From: an uncultured Collinsella sp.
GTDB taxonomy: Bacteria > Actinomycetota > Coriobacteriia > Coriobacteriales > Coriobacteriaceae
DNA: 64,000 bases
Reading direction: 5' to 3'
NCBI GenBank assembly: GCA_900540935.1
Contig: UQHW01000001.1
Span: 43,867-107,866, forward strand
Part shown: positions 44,825 through 54,454 of the stretch, piece by piece
Layout of the letters: each line of letters opens with the position of its first letter
Numbering within the stretch: the stretch's first letter is position 1
Notes under the pieces: generated by a model
The model's input: only the letters and a program-made list of their open reading frames with translations
Database searches by the model: none
Told to the model about the DNA's origin: nothing
Translations under genes and position numbers: made by a program

Positions 44825-46015
44825 TTACTCAATGATCGTGGAGACGATGCCCGAACCGACGGTGTGGCCGCCCTCGCGGATAGCGAAGCGCAGGCCCTCC
44901 TCCATGGCGATCGGGTGGATGAGGTCGCCCTCGATGGTGATGTGGTCACCAGGCATAGCCATCTCGGTGCCCTCGGGGAGCTTGACCGTACCGGTAACGT
45001 CGGTGGTACGGAAGTAGAACTGAGGACGATAACCATCGAAGAACGGGGTGTGACGGCCGCCCTCCTCCTTGGTCAGAACGTAGATCTCGCCGGTGAACTT
45101 GGTGTGCGGGGTAACCGAACCGGGCTTGCAGAGAACCTGACCGCGCTCGATGTCCTCGCGCTTGATGCCGCGGAGCAGCAGACCGACGTTGTCGCCAGCC
45201 TCGCAGAAGTCCATGGACTTACGGAACATCTCGATACCGGTAACGACGGTGTTCTGGGTATCCTTGATGCCGACGATCTCGACGGGCTCGTTGAGCTTGA
45301 GCTCACCGCGCTCGACACGGCCGGTAGCAACGGTACCACGGCCGGAGATGGTCATAACGTCCTCAACGGCCATCAGGAAGGGGAGGTCGTTGTTACGAGC
45401 AGGCGTCGGGATGTACTCGTCGACAGCCTTCATGAGCTCGCGGATGGCGTCCATCCACTTGGCGTCGCCCTCGAGAGCGCCCAGAGCGGAACCACGGATG
45501 ACGGGGATGTCGTCGCCGGGGAAATCGTACTCGGAGAGGAGCTCACGGGTCTCCATCTCGACGAGGTCGATGAGCTCGTCATCGTCGACCATGTCGCACT
45601 TGTTCAGGAAGACGACGATGTAGGGAACGCCGACCTGACGGGCGAGCAGGATGTGCTCGCGGGTCTGAGCCATGGGGCCGTCGGTAGCGGCGATGACCAG
45701 GATAGCGCCGTCCATCTGAGCAGCACCGGAGATCATGTTCTTGACGTAGTCAGCGTGGCCCGGGCAGTCAACGTGAGCGTAGTGACGGGCAGCAGTCTCG
45801 TACTCGACGTGGGAGACGGAGATCGTAATGCCGCGCTCGCGCTCCTCGGGAGCCTTGTCGATGTTCTCGAACGCAGTGAAGTCAGCCTTGCAGCCCTCGG
45901 TCTCGGAGAGAACCTTGGTGATGGCAGCGGTCAGCGTGGTCTTGCCGTGGTCGACGTGACCAATGGTGCCGATGTTAACATGCGGCTTAGTGCGCTCAAA
46001 CTTCTCTTTGGCCAT
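44825..46015 (-). CDS. tuf: elongation factor Tu
   Basis: 396 aa; [13 protein letters not shown] and a full EF-Tu sequence. Confidence 0.98.
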   Translation of the reverse strand: MAKEKFERTKPHVNIGTIGHVDHGKTTLTAAITKVLSETEGCKADFTAFENIDKAPEERERGITISVSHVEYETAARHYAHVDCPGHADYVKNMISGAAQMDGAILVIAATDGPMAQTREHILLARQVGVPYIVVFLNKCDMVDDDELIDLVEMETRELLSEYDFPGDDIPVIRGSALGALEGDAKWMDAIRELMKAVDEYIPTPARNNDLPFLMAVEDVMTISGRGTVATGRVERGELKLNEPVEIVGIKDTQNTVVTGIEMFRKSMDFCEAGDNVGLLLRGIKREDIERGQVLCKPGSVTPHTKFTGEIYVLTKEEGGRHTPFFDGYRPQFYFRTTDVTGTVKLPEGTEMAMPGDHITIEGDLIHPIAMEEGLRFAIREGGHTVGSGIVSTIIE

Positions 46016-46111
46016 AAAGCCCTCCTCTTAACAGGTCGTCCCCGGACGGGACTTTGCCTTTATACCATAGTGGCCTCTCAACATACTATTGAGAAGCCAC
46101 CGTGTTACCTA

Positions 46112-46188
46112 TGGTAGCGGTGACTGGATTCGAACCAGTGACGCCACGGGTATGAACCGTGTGCTCTAACCAACTGAGCTACACCGCC
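46112..46188 (-). tRNA. tRNA-Met (CAT)
   Basis: 77 nt cloverleaf, anticodon loop TTCATAC, terminal CCA encoded. Confidence 0.8.
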
Positions 46189-46191
46189 GGA

Positions 46192-46267
46192 TGGAGCCTG
46201 CAACCAGACTTGAACTGGTGACCTCTTCGTTACCAACGAAGTGCTCTACCGACTGAGCTATACAGGC
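46192..46267 (-). tRNA. tRNA-Thr (GGT)
   Basis: 76 nt, anticodon stem CTTCG/CGAAG with loop TTGGTAA. Confidence 0.8.
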
Positions 46268-46274
46268 ACTTGAC

Positions 46275-46359
46275 GGGTGGGAGCTATAGGATTCGAACCT
46301 ATGTAGGCAGAGCCAACGGGTTTACAGCCCGTCCCCATTAACCACTCGGGCAAACTCCC
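46275..46359 (-). tRNA. tRNA-Tyr (GTA)
   Basis: About 85 nt with a long variable arm. Anticodon loop CTGTAAA. Confidence 0.8.
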
Positions 46360-46421
46360 AATCGTTCAAGTATCCGCAGGTCCTTTGGTCTTTTGGACCG
46401 CCGCCCCCGCGAACGAAGAAG

Positions 46422-46452
46422 ATAATACGATGCCACCTTGGGAGCTGTCAAC
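46422..46452 (-). promoter_or_regulatory. strong sigma-70-like promoter for the tRNA-Tyr/Thr/Met (and possibly tuf) unit
   Basis: Minus strand: TTGACA, 18 nt spacer, TATTAT, about 55 nt upstream of the tRNA-Tyr 5' end. Confidence 0.5.
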
Positions 46453-46663
46453 GAAAACCTCTAGATACACGGCTCCGGGCGTATCTATATAGCTTTGACC
46501 TGCCGTTTTGCTGAGTTTGGATGTGAAGGACGGTGGATTTTGCTGCACTGGTGACATTTCCCAAGGGAACACTTTGGCATAGTGGAGTAAGCCTGCGGAT
46601 TCTTACTTCGATAACGACTCATTTGCACCTATATATAGGTCGAGATCGGGCCTCCGCGGCAAA

Positions 46664-46810
46664 TTCGAGCGTGGATTTTCTCCCGTTTGAAATCGAGCGT
46701 GGATAATCTCCCACTTTTGGCATGGCCCCAAGGCCAAAGTGGCAGATTATCCACGCTCATTCTCCAGGCGGGAGCTTTTCCACTCTCGTGTGTCCGAATA
46801 TCCACGCTCG
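46664..46810. promoter_or_regulatory. cluster of five DnaA-box-like 9-mers (TTATCCACG / CGTGGATAA and variants)
   Basis: gagcgtggatttt, gagcgtggataat, gattatccacgctc, ttttccact, aatatccacgctc. Two direct and three inverted copies within 150 bp. Confidence 0.4.
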
Positions 46811-46834
46811 ATGACGATGACCAACCTCGTCCCA

Positions 46835-46990
46835 GCTTCAGTCTCGATCTGTAACAGTAAGAGGGTTATTCCTCCCCTATCTGTTACAGATTGAGATATT
46901 ACGCAGAGACCCCAGCTCACGTCTCATTCTGTAACAGTAAGAACGGTTTTTCGCCCCTTCGTGTTACAGATCGAGACAAACCTGAAGCTA
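46835..46990. repeat. nested palindrome: two tandem hairpins with 11 bp stems (atctgtaacag / ctgttacagat) inside an outer ~25 bp inverted repeat
   Basis: The loops share taaga..ggtt.tt..c.cccct. The outer arms are cagcttcagtctcgatctgtaacag / ctgttacagatcgagac..ctgaagctag. Confidence 0.6.
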
Positions 46991-47019
46991 GGTTGCGCCA
47001 AACCCGCTGACTTATCGAC

Positions 47020-47060
47020 AAAAAAGAAACGGGCCCTGTCCCACAAGGGGACAGAGCCCA
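47020..47060 (-). terminator. rho-independent terminator after tRNA-Thr(TGT)
   Basis: gggctctgtcccc...ggggacagggccc hairpin followed by a T-run on the minus strand. Confidence 0.6.
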
Positions 47061-47069
47061 AAACTCTCA

Positions 47070-47144
47070 TGGAGCCAGTGACAGGAATCGAACCTGCAAC
47101 CCACTGATTACAAATCAGTTGCGCTACCGTTGCGCCACACTGGC
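47070..47144 (-). tRNA. tRNA-Thr (TGT)
   Basis: 75 nt, anticodon loop TTTGTAA. The overlapping 99 aa track ORF is a tRNA-derived artefact. Confidence 0.8.
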
Positions 47145-47368
47145 ACACTTGGCGCTTTCGCGCGAAGCCAGTTAAGAATAAAGGAATTGCGGACGGGGTG
47201 CAACAGACCCTTTGACCGACCACATCTCAAAACCCTTCGTCAGAACGAATAGTTTTATCCGTTCGCCAAAACCAAAAACTATTCGTTTTGACGATGCCAA
47301 GCCGCAACCCATTGATTACAAACTAGTTGGTTGGTCAATCGAGAAAGCAGCTCCCCATAGAAGGTTTC

Positions 47369-48046
47369 CTACCGTCCGCGCAGGGCCTTGAGCTTGGCCA
47401 AGGCCTCGGGGCTCAAGCGGCTGCCCAGGGTCATCTTGATCTGCGGGGCCTCCTCGGCCTCGTGAACGTCGTTATCGATCTGTTTGATCTCGTCCACCAG
47501 CATACGGCTCGAGATGCGCGTAACGCCCTTCCCCATGACAACGGCCTGGATCGTGCCGTCACTCGATACCACGGAGCACGCGCGGCCTTCCTCGCGTGCC
47601 TCGATGCAGAGCTTCTGCACCACGGTATCGGCAGAGACGCCCGTCGGCGAAAACTCGATGCGCACACCGCGGGCCGGCAGGTTGGGGCGCTCGCTGGAGA
47701 TATTGCCCGCGCCGTCAAATACGATCACAGCCTCGTAGCGGCCCTGGGCAAACGCAGCTACGTCATTAATGAGCGCCGTGCGCGCCATATCGTGAACGTC
47801 GCTGGAATACGGATCGTCAGAATGGTCGTACACGAGCTTTTCGTAGCGCGGCGTACAGTGGATCACGTTGTAGCCGTCGACCACCAGCAGCTCGGGCTTG
47901 TTGGAGTGCACCGTCGAGACCGGATCGGCGATGGCCTGCGCAAACGCATTGCCGCCCACGCCATAGGTCGCGGCCGAAACAATCGGCTTGGCCGAGCCCT
48001 CGCCAAAGCGCTTGGCCTTGGACTTGGCGCGGTTCTTTTTGGACAT
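47369..48046 (-). CDS. NYN-domain ribonuclease (YacP/Rae1-like)
   Basis: LLVVDGYNVIH...VIVFDGAG PIN-like NYN core. Canonical position next to rlmB and cysS. Confidence 0.75.
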   Translation of the reverse strand: MSKKNRAKSKAKRFGEGSAKPIVSAATYGVGGNAFAQAIADPVSTVHSNKPELLVVDGYNVIHCTPRYEKLVYDHSDDPYSSDVHDMARTALINDVAAFAQGRYEAVIVFDGAGNISSERPNLPARGVRIEFSPTGVSADTVVQKLCIEAREEGRACSVVSSDGTIQAVVMGKGVTRISSRMLVDEIKQIDNDVHEAEEAPQIKMTLGSRLSPEALAKLKALRGR

Positions 48047-48049
48047 GCG

Positions 48050-49000
48050 CTACTCCTCCCCCATGAGCTCGCCGGCGTTGCGGCGCAGCCACTCAAAGCA
48101 CAGCGCCGTGGTCGCCTGGGCAACATTGAGGCTCTCGGTCATGCCGCGCTGGGGAAGCTTGGTCAAAAAGTCGCATTTCTCGAGCACCAGGCGCGAGATG
48201 CCGTCGCCCTCGGAGCCCATAACGAGCGCCACGCGGCCCTCGAAGGGAGCATCCCAGCAACTGCCTTCGGCGTGCTCGGAGGCACCGCCCACCCAAAAGC
48301 CAGCGGCCTTAAGATCGTCGAGCGCACGGGCGATGTTGGGCACCTGCGCGATAGGCAGATGCATGACGGCGCCGGCTGAAGTCTTGTAGCTGCCCACGGT
48401 CACGCCGGCGGCGCGCTTGTTGGCAATGATGACGCCCGCGGCGCCCACGACCTCGGCGGAACGCACAATGGCGCCAAAGTTACCGTCGTCGGTCACATGG
48501 TCGAGCACGATGACGAGCGCCGGACCGTCGCCCGCGCGGTCGAGAATATCGGCGACATCGGCATAGGGGAAGTTGCCAACCTCGAGCGCAATGCCCTGGT
48601 GAGCGCCATGGCTCGACAGCGCATCGAGCTGCGCGCGTGGAACGAACTTAATGCGGACGCCCGCGGCGTTGAGGTCATCGACCAGGCGCGACAAGGCGGC
48701 ATCGCGCTCCCCGCCCTCGGCAATGAGCGCGCACTTGATGGGAAAACCAGTGCGTAGCGCCTCGGCGGCAGCACGACGACCTTCGATAAACTCGCCCTTG
48801 GGAGCCTGGACAGCGTCGCGGTTGCGATCGCGCTGCGGACGTGCGGCCTGGGTGCGATCGCGCTGCGGACGTGCAGCCTGAGCTTGGGAGCGCTCGCGCT
48901 GGCCCTTGGGAGCGGCAGTGCGGTCGTTGCGGCGACCCGGACGCGAGCCAGAAGCAGCCTGTTTGCCGCCACGAGGCGCACGCTTGCGATTGTCGGCCAT
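48050..49000 (-). CDS. rlmB: 23S rRNA (guanosine-2'-O)-methyltransferase RlmB (SpoU/TrmH family)
   Basis: SPOUT motifs (LVIVLDHVTDDGNFGAIVRSAE, LVMGSEGDGIS) with a basic, repetitive N-terminal extension. Confidence 0.85.
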   Translation of the reverse strand: MADNRKRAPRGGKQAASGSRPGRRNDRTAAPKGQRERSQAQAARPQRDRTQAARPQRDRNRDAVQAPKGEFIEGRRAAAEALRTGFPIKCALIAEGGERDAALSRLVDDLNAAGVRIKFVPRAQLDALSSHGAHQGIALEVGNFPYADVADILDRAGDGPALVIVLDHVTDDGNFGAIVRSAEVVGAAGVIIANKRAAGVTVGSYKTSAGAVMHLPIAQVPNIARALDDLKAAGFWVGGASEHAEGSCWDAPFEGRVALVMGSEGDGISRLVLEKCDFLTKLPQRGMTESLNVAQATTALCFEWLRRNAGELMGEE

Positions 49001-49186
49001 AAAGCGGCCTCCTTAAAACATTTTTCAAACAAGACAAAAGAAGCGACCGCTTAAGACGAATAGCCCAAGCGGTCGGTACGGGTTTTCCAAGTGCCCGAGA
49101 TTGCCGTGAAAGAGGAGCGACGCGTACTTGAGTACGCGAGCGACGGTTTGAACGGCAAGGTCGGGTGCTTGGGAAACCCGCGGGGA

Positions 49187-50653
49187 TTAGAGAGACTTAA
49201 TACGGGTGCCGGCGGCAGTATCCTCAATGGTGAGGCCCAGGTCCTTGAGCTGATCGCGGATGGCGTCTGCCAGGTCCCAGTTCTTGGCGGCACGGGCCTC
49301 GGCGCGGGCCTCGAGAATCTTGGCAGCGGCCTCGTCCACGTCGTCGCCCGTGTAGGCAACCAAACCGGCGGCAACGCCCAGCAGGCCCAGCGGCAGCTCC
49401 ACCTTGGGCTCGGGAAGCTCGACGCCAAACGTATCGAGCAACTCGACCAGCGTATCGGCGGCAGCCAGGGCTGCGGCCTTGTCGGCAGCATCGCCCGCCT
49501 GCTCCAGGTACTGGTTGCACTCGGTGACAAAGCCAAAGACAGCACCCATGGCACCGGCGGTGTTAAAGTCGTCGTCCATGCACTCCTTAAAGGTGGCGCG
49601 GGTCTCGGCGGCCTTGGCGGCAAACGCCTCGGCGGCAGCCGCATCGGCATCGGCCGTCGCGTGGTTCGCAGCCCAGCGCAGGTTCTCGACCGTACCGGCG
49701 ATACGCGTGAGCGAGTTCTCGGCACCCTCCAGGCGCTCCCAAGAAAAGTCGAGCGGCGAGCGATAGCTCGTCTGCAGCATCAGAAGGCGCAGAGCGGCAG
49801 CGGAGTGCTGCTCGAGGACCTCGGCCAGCGTAAAGAAGTTGCCGAGCGACTTGGACATCTTCTCGCCGTCAACCAGCAGCATGCCCGTGTGCATCCAGGT
49901 GTTGGAGAAACCCTGGTGCCAGGCGCAGGTGGCCTGGGCGCACTCGTTCTCATGATGCGGGAAGGCAAGGTCGGAGCCGCCGCCGTGGATGTCGATCGGA
50001 GTGCCCAGGTAGCGATGCACCATGGCGGCGCACTCGGTGTGCCAACCAGGACGGCCCTCGCCCCAGGGGCTCGGCCAGCTGGGCTCGCCGGGCTTGGCGG
50101 CCTTCCACAGGGCAAAGTCGAGCGGGTCGTTCTTGTCCTCGTTCTCCTCGATGCGCGCACCCACCATGAGGTCATCGATGTTGCGGCCCGAGACTTGGCC
50201 GTAGTTGGGATCGCTGCGCACGGCAAAGTACACATCGCCGTTATCGGCTGCGTAAGCGTGGCCCTGCTCGATAAGCGTCTTGATCATGGCGATCATGGGG
50301 CCGATCTCCTTGGTGGCGCGGGGGCGCACATCGGGATCGAGCACGTTGGCGGCGCGCATGACGCCGATGAACTTGTCCGAGAACTCCGTCGCGACCTCGG
50401 CGGCAGTGCGGCCCTGCTCGTTGGCGCGCTTGATGATCTTGTCATCGACATCGGTGAGGTTCTGGGCGAACGTGACCTCGTAGCCGCTCGCGATGAGCCA
50501 GCGACGAATCACGTCAAAGCTGATGAACGTGCGGGCATTGCCGATGTGGATGTTGTCGTAGACCGTGGGGCCGCACACGTACATGCGGACCTTGCCGGAC
50601 TCGATGGGCTGGAACTCTTCCTTTTTATGGGTAGCGCTGTTGTAGATACGCAT
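49187..50653 (-). CDS. cysS: cysteinyl-tRNA synthetase
   Basis: HIGN and KMSKS motifs (HIGNARTF, KMSKSLGN). Confidence 0.95.
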   Translation of the reverse strand: MRIYNSATHKKEEFQPIESGKVRMYVCGPTVYDNIHIGNARTFISFDVIRRWLIASGYEVTFAQNLTDVDDKIIKRANEQGRTAAEVATEFSDKFIGVMRAANVLDPDVRPRATKEIGPMIAMIKTLIEQGHAYAADNGDVYFAVRSDPNYGQVSGRNIDDLMVGARIEENEDKNDPLDFALWKAAKPGEPSWPSPWGEGRPGWHTECAAMVHRYLGTPIDIHGGGSDLAFPHHENECAQATCAWHQGFSNTWMHTGMLLVDGEKMSKSLGNFFTLAEVLEQHSAAALRLLMLQTSYRSPLDFSWERLEGAENSLTRIAGTVENLRWAANHATADADAAAAEAFAAKAAETRATFKECMDDDFNTAGAMGAVFGFVTECNQYLEQAGDAADKAAALAAADTLVELLDTFGVELPEPKVELPLGLLGVAAGLVAYTGDDVDEAAAKILEARAEARAAKNWDLADAIRDQLKDLGLTIEDTAAGTRIKSL

Positions 50654-50656
50654 TCG

Positions 50657-51151
50657 TTACTCCTTAACGGTTTTCTGTAGCAGGCAGACGGCCCAGGCGC
50701 CGATTCCCTCGCCCTGGCCTTCCCAACCGAGCTTTTCGGTCGTAGTGGCGGCGACGCCCACGTTTTCGACGTCAACGCCCAGGGCATGGGCAAGGTTGGC
50801 ACGCATGGCATCGCGGTGCGGGGTGATCTTAGGCTGCTGGCAGGCAATGGTGCAATCGGCATCGACAAACTCGAAGCCCAGCTCGCGCGCGTAGTCCATC
50901 ACGCGAGCGAGCAGCACCATCGAATCGGCACCCTCATAGGCGGGGTCGGTATCGGGGAATAGCTTGCCAATGTCTCCCCCACGGCAGGCGCCCAGAATGG
51001 CGTCGGCCAAGGCGTGCGCGAGCACATCGGCATCCGAGTGGCCCAGCAGGCCGCGCTCGTAGGGAATGTCGACACCGCCGATGATACATCGACGCCCCTC
51101 CACCAGACGGTGAACGTCGTAGCCATGGCCAATGCGCAGGTTACTGAACAT
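50657..51151 (-). CDS. ispF: 2-C-methyl-D-erythritol 2,4-cyclodiphosphate synthase
   Basis: IGHGYDVHRL...HSDADVLAHA IspF signature. Start trimmed to MFSNL. Confidence 0.9.
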   Translation of the reverse strand: MFSNLRIGHGYDVHRLVEGRRCIIGGVDIPYERGLLGHSDADVLAHALADAILGACRGGDIGKLFPDTDPAYEGADSMVLLARVMDYARELGFEFVDADCTIACQQPKITPHRDAMRANLAHALGVDVENVGVAATTTEKLGWEGQGEGIGAWAVCLLQKTVKE

Positions 51152-51869
51152 GGGGAAGGTCCTCTCCCTCGGCCATACGGCCAAGCAGAATCGCGGTTAC
51201 GGGACGCAAGTCCTCGGGCACCGTCACCTTAAGGTTATCGCGCGGGCTCTGGACGCAGCGGACGCGCCCACCCATGCGCTCGACCAGCGACGAATCATCG
51301 GTGCCGATAAAGCCCTCGGCAATGGCTGCAGCGTGGGCGCGCTTCATAGCATCGACGCTAAAGATCTGCGGCGTCTGCGCAGCCCAATAAAGCTCACGCG
51401 GCGGCGTCTCGACGATGTTATCGCCGTCGACGATCTTGAGTGTGTCGATCGCGGGCTGACCGCACACGACACCGTCGAGGGCGCGGTCGCCCACAAGCAC
51501 GTCGATCGCGTGGTCGATGGCCTCGGTCGTAATGAGCGGACGAGCACCATCGTGAATGGCGACGTATTCAAAGCCCGCCGGAACCGCATGCACGCCGGCA
51601 CGGGTGGAATCCTGGCGGGTATCGCCGGCATCGGCAAAGCTGATGGGCGTGTCATAGTCAAACGGGTCGATGGCCAGGCGGCGCATCTCGGCACGACGCT
51701 CGGCAGGGCAAACCACGACGATGTGGCCGACCTTATCGCTCCGATCGAACGCGCGGATGGACCAGCTCATAAGCGGACGGCCCGCCACGTTAACGAGTTG
51801 CTTGCCACCGGGGTTACCAAAGCGCTGGCCGCTGCCACCGGCAACGACCACGGCGCATACGGGCGCCAT
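51141..51869 (-). CDS. ispD: 2-C-methyl-D-erythritol 4-phosphate cytidylyltransferase
   Basis: VVAGGSGQRFG motif; overlaps the ispF start. Confidence 0.9.
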   Translation of the reverse strand: MAPVCAVVVAGGSGQRFGNPGGKQLVNVAGRPLMSWSIRAFDRSDKVGHIVVVCPAERRAEMRRLAIDPFDYDTPISFADAGDTRQDSTRAGVHAVPAGFEYVAIHDGARPLITTEAIDHAIDVLVGDRALDGVVCGQPAIDTLKIVDGDNIVETPPRELYWAAQTPQIFSVDAMKRAHAAAIAEGFIGTDDSSLVERMGGRVRCVQSPRDNLKVTVPEDLRPVTAILLGRMAEGEDLPHVQ

Positions 51870-52936
51870 TATGCGTTCCCCTGTTTGGTGCCCTTCATGC
51901 GGTACAGCGAGTCCGCAAGAATGGCAGGGTTGTTAACGCCAAAGTCGCCCAGGCGCTCCGGATCCTCGCTGATGTCATCCATGAGCTCCTGCAGCGAGCC
52001 GTACTCGTCGACGATCTTCTCGGCCACGCCGTCGCGCACGACGGACACGCGCGAAAGCGTGCGCAGGCCCAGCGGCGTCATGACGGAGTCCTCGTCCAGG
52101 TCGTCATAGCCCAGAACCGCCGCCACATGCTGCGGGTCGGACAGGTCCTTAGGCGTCATGCGGCTCAGCTCGGCGCGAATCTTCTCGGCGTTTGCCTCGG
52201 AGGAATCGCTTGCGTAGTCGCGGATCATCAAGTCGTATTCGGTATCCATGCTGGAGCCCGCGAGCTGCTCGAGCTGCATCTGCACGAGCTTGCCCTGGTT
52301 ACCCAGCTTGACGATGCAATCCTTAAGCTCGGTCTTTGCCTGTTGCATGATCTCGAAACTCGAGAAGATGCCGGTGATGTCGGCGAGCGTGACGTAGTCG
52401 TCGAGCTCAAGGGCCGTCAGGCGCAGCAAGGAGCGATCGAGCGACTGACGGGTAGTCTGGAGCGTGGCGACGAGCTGGTTGACCGAGCTCATGATGGTGG
52501 TGACGGGCTGGATCTCGTAGCTCTTGCCGTGAACGTACACGTTGACGACGGCACGACGAGCCGAAACCGAGATCACGATGGCGTCAGTGAGCACCGACAT
52601 GCGAGCGGCAGTACGGTGACGCATGCCCGTCTCACTCGTGGCGAGCGAGGGATCGGGATTGAGGTGGAAGTTGGCACGCAGGATCTGGGTGAGGTCGCCA
52701 TCGATAACGATGGCACCGTCCATCTTGGAGAGCTCGAACAGGCGGTTCGAGGTAAACGAAATGTTGAGCGGGAAGCCGTCGTTACCGGCGGCGAGCACGT
52801 TTTCGGTGTCGCCGACGCAGATAAGGGCGCCCAGGTGACCGGCAATGATCATGTCGAGGGCGGTGCGGATCGGCTGACCGGGGGCAGTCAGGCGGATGGC
52901 CTGTTCCATACGCTTTTGCAGCTCGTTCTTATCCAA
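51869..52936 (-). CDS. disA: DNA integrity scanning protein DisA (diadenylate cyclase)
   Basis: DAC domain motifs (GALICVGD, DGAIVIDGD, RHRTAAR), then linker and HhH domains. Confidence 0.85.
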   Translation of the reverse strand: MDKNELQKRMEQAIRLTAPGQPIRTALDMIIAGHLGALICVGDTENVLAAGNDGFPLNISFTSNRLFELSKMDGAIVIDGDLTQILRANFHLNPDPSLATSETGMRHRTAARMSVLTDAIVISVSARRAVVNVYVHGKSYEIQPVTTIMSSVNQLVATLQTTRQSLDRSLLRLTALELDDYVTLADITGIFSSFEIMQQAKTELKDCIVKLGNQGKLVQMQLEQLAGSSMDTEYDLMIRDYASDSSEANAEKIRAELSRMTPKDLSDPQHVAAVLGYDDLDEDSVMTPLGLRTLSRVSVVRDGVAEKIVDEYGSLQELMDDISEDPERLGDFGVNNPAILADSLYRMKGTKQGNA

Positions 52937-53089
52937 GGCATCGCTCCCATCGTATACGCTCCATAAACGTCAATAAGTTTCTCACGGTTTGCCCCTGTGA
53001 CGCCCGCAAAATCCGATGCTTACAGAATGAGCGAACACAGCTGAGAGCCCCAATCCAAATGAGCTGCTTATGTGGTAGCATCGGGATTC

Positions 53090-53230
53090 GCATAAATGAG
53101 GGAGTAGTCGCGTGATCGGGTTCGCCTCCGGTGGCGCGGCAAGTCAACACACTGGCCGATGCGGCCTGGCTTGCCTTAATGAACGAGACTCGTGGCTGTG
53201 CGCGCAACGCGTACGCCACGAGTCTTTTTT
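53090..53230 (+). ncRNA. candidate yybP-ykoY (Mn2+) riboswitch with an intrinsic terminator, in the mntP 5' leader
   Basis: Conserved-looking GAGGGAGUAG block, CUUGCC block, terminator hairpin gactcgtgg...ccacgagtc + UUUUUU, then a complementary uuacuccccc. It sits directly upstream of mntP. Confidence 0.45.
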
Positions 53231-53283
53231 GTTACTCCCCCAAGAGGTACACGCGGGCCCGCCCGCAGAGAGGGAGCCAGACT

Positions 53284-53862
53284 ATGGGACTCGCAGAGCT
53301 CGTGTTGCTCGCCGTTGGCCTTTCGATGGACGCCTTTGCCGTATCCATCTGCAAGGGCCTTGGCATGAAGAAGATCAACCTTAAGGTCGCCGTAGTGCTC
53401 GGCCTGTTCTTTGGCGGCTTCCAGGCAGGCATGCCCGTGATCGGATGGGCGCTTGGCAGTCAATTCATGAGCATCATCGGCCCCATCGACCACTGGATCG
53501 CCTTTATCCTTTTGGCCTTCATCGGCAGCAAAATGCTGTGGGAAGCCTTTACCGAAGACGAGGATGAAGACGACGGCAAGGATGCCGAGAAGATTGAACT
53601 GGGCGAGTACCTGATCCTCGCCATCGCCACCTCAATCGACGCCCTGGCCGTGGGCATCTCGTTTGCCGCGCTCTCGGTTGACATCGTGCCCGCTGTATCG
53701 CTTATCGGCGTCACAACGTTTATCTTCTCCGTCGCCGGCGTAGCGATCGGCCACACCTTTGGCGCGCGCTACGAAAAACCCGCCACCATCGTGGGTGGCG
53801 TCGTGCTCATCCTTATCGGCCTCAAGATCCTGCTGGAACACTTGGGTTTTTTGGTGCTGTAA
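53284..53862 (+). CDS. mntP: manganese efflux pump MntP
   Basis: Two DUF204 repeats with LSMDAFAVS / IDALAVGIS motifs. Start at MGLAEL with a GAGGGAG RBS. Confidence 0.85.
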   Translation: MGLAELVLLAVGLSMDAFAVSICKGLGMKKINLKVAVVLGLFFGGFQAGMPVIGWALGSQFMSIIGPIDHWIAFILLAFIGSKMLWEAFTEDEDEDDGKDAEKIELGEYLILAIATSIDALAVGISFAALSVDIVPAVSLIGVTTFIFSVAGVAIGHTFGARYEKPATIVGGVVLILIGLKILLEHLGFLVL

Positions 53863-53897
53863 AACACCCTTCAAAACTAAACGTCCGTATGAGGTCT

Positions 53898-53968
53898 CAT
53901 GCAGAGTTTTGCATGGGCCTTTTCATGCAGACTTTTGCATGTCATACTAGGATGCAAAAGTCTGCATG
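53898..53968. promoter_or_regulatory. three 18 bp palindromic operators in the hipBA promoter
   Basis: catgcagagttttgcatg, catgcagacttttgcatg and gatgcaaaagtctgcatg at ~26 bp spacing. The last one overlaps the hipB start region. Confidence 0.55.
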
Positions 53969-53980
53969 TTGGAGATCGCC

Positions 53981-54451
53981 ATGGATACCCTTCCCATCAC
54001 CACGCCGCGCCAAGCTGGCATCTATGTGCGTCAGGCACGCGAGTCGCAGGGAATCACCCGTGCGACCCTCGCTAAAAAAGCCGGTGTTTCGGAGCGTCTG
54101 CTCGCATCGCTCGAGCTAGGAGACGCCACCGGCATTCGACTCGACAAGCTGCTGACGATTTTCAATGCTCTTGGACTGGCACTCGCCGCTCAAGGGGATA
54201 TCGGCGAAGCGAAAAACGAGCGACCAGTCGACGCCCCGCATGCCAATCCGCTGCCTCGCAGCATCCCCAGGCGCCATCACACTCAACGTCCTCATCATCG
54301 CAACCGTCGTAGTACCCCCATTCCGGCTCTTGCAGATGCCCCCTTTACATCCGCACTCTACGACGAGGTCTTCGCCGATTTCGCCATGTCCAATCTCGGA
54401 GTCTCGATTGCCGCAAACGTATCTAACCAAACCAAGCCCGAAGGGAAATAG
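53981..54451 (+). CDS. hipB: XRE-family HTH antitoxin HipB-like
   Basis: HTH (ARESQGITRATLAKKAGVSERLLASLE) followed by a disordered His/Arg/Pro-rich tail. Its stop is 4 nt before hipA. Confidence 0.7.
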   Translation: MDTLPITTPRQAGIYVRQARESQGITRATLAKKAGVSERLLASLELGDATGIRLDKLLTIFNALGLALAAQGDIGEAKNERPVDAPHANPLPRSIPRRHHTQRPHHRNRRSTPIPALADAPFTSALYDEVFADFAMSNLGVSIAANVSNQTKPEGK

Positions 54452-54454
54452 CCA

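Noticed and set aside
46664-46810. Calling the DnaA-box cluster the chromosomal origin (oriC).
   Set aside because: dnaA/dnaN are not in the window, no clear AT-rich 13-mer unwinding element is present, and the actinobacterial box variant is uncertain. Reported only as a DnaA-box-like cluster.
46924-47223. 99 aa ORF MVGQRVCCTPSAIPLFLTGF...
   Set aside because: It overlaps tRNA-Thr(TGT). The translated segment QLICNQWVAGSIPVTGS is the tRNA read in-frame.
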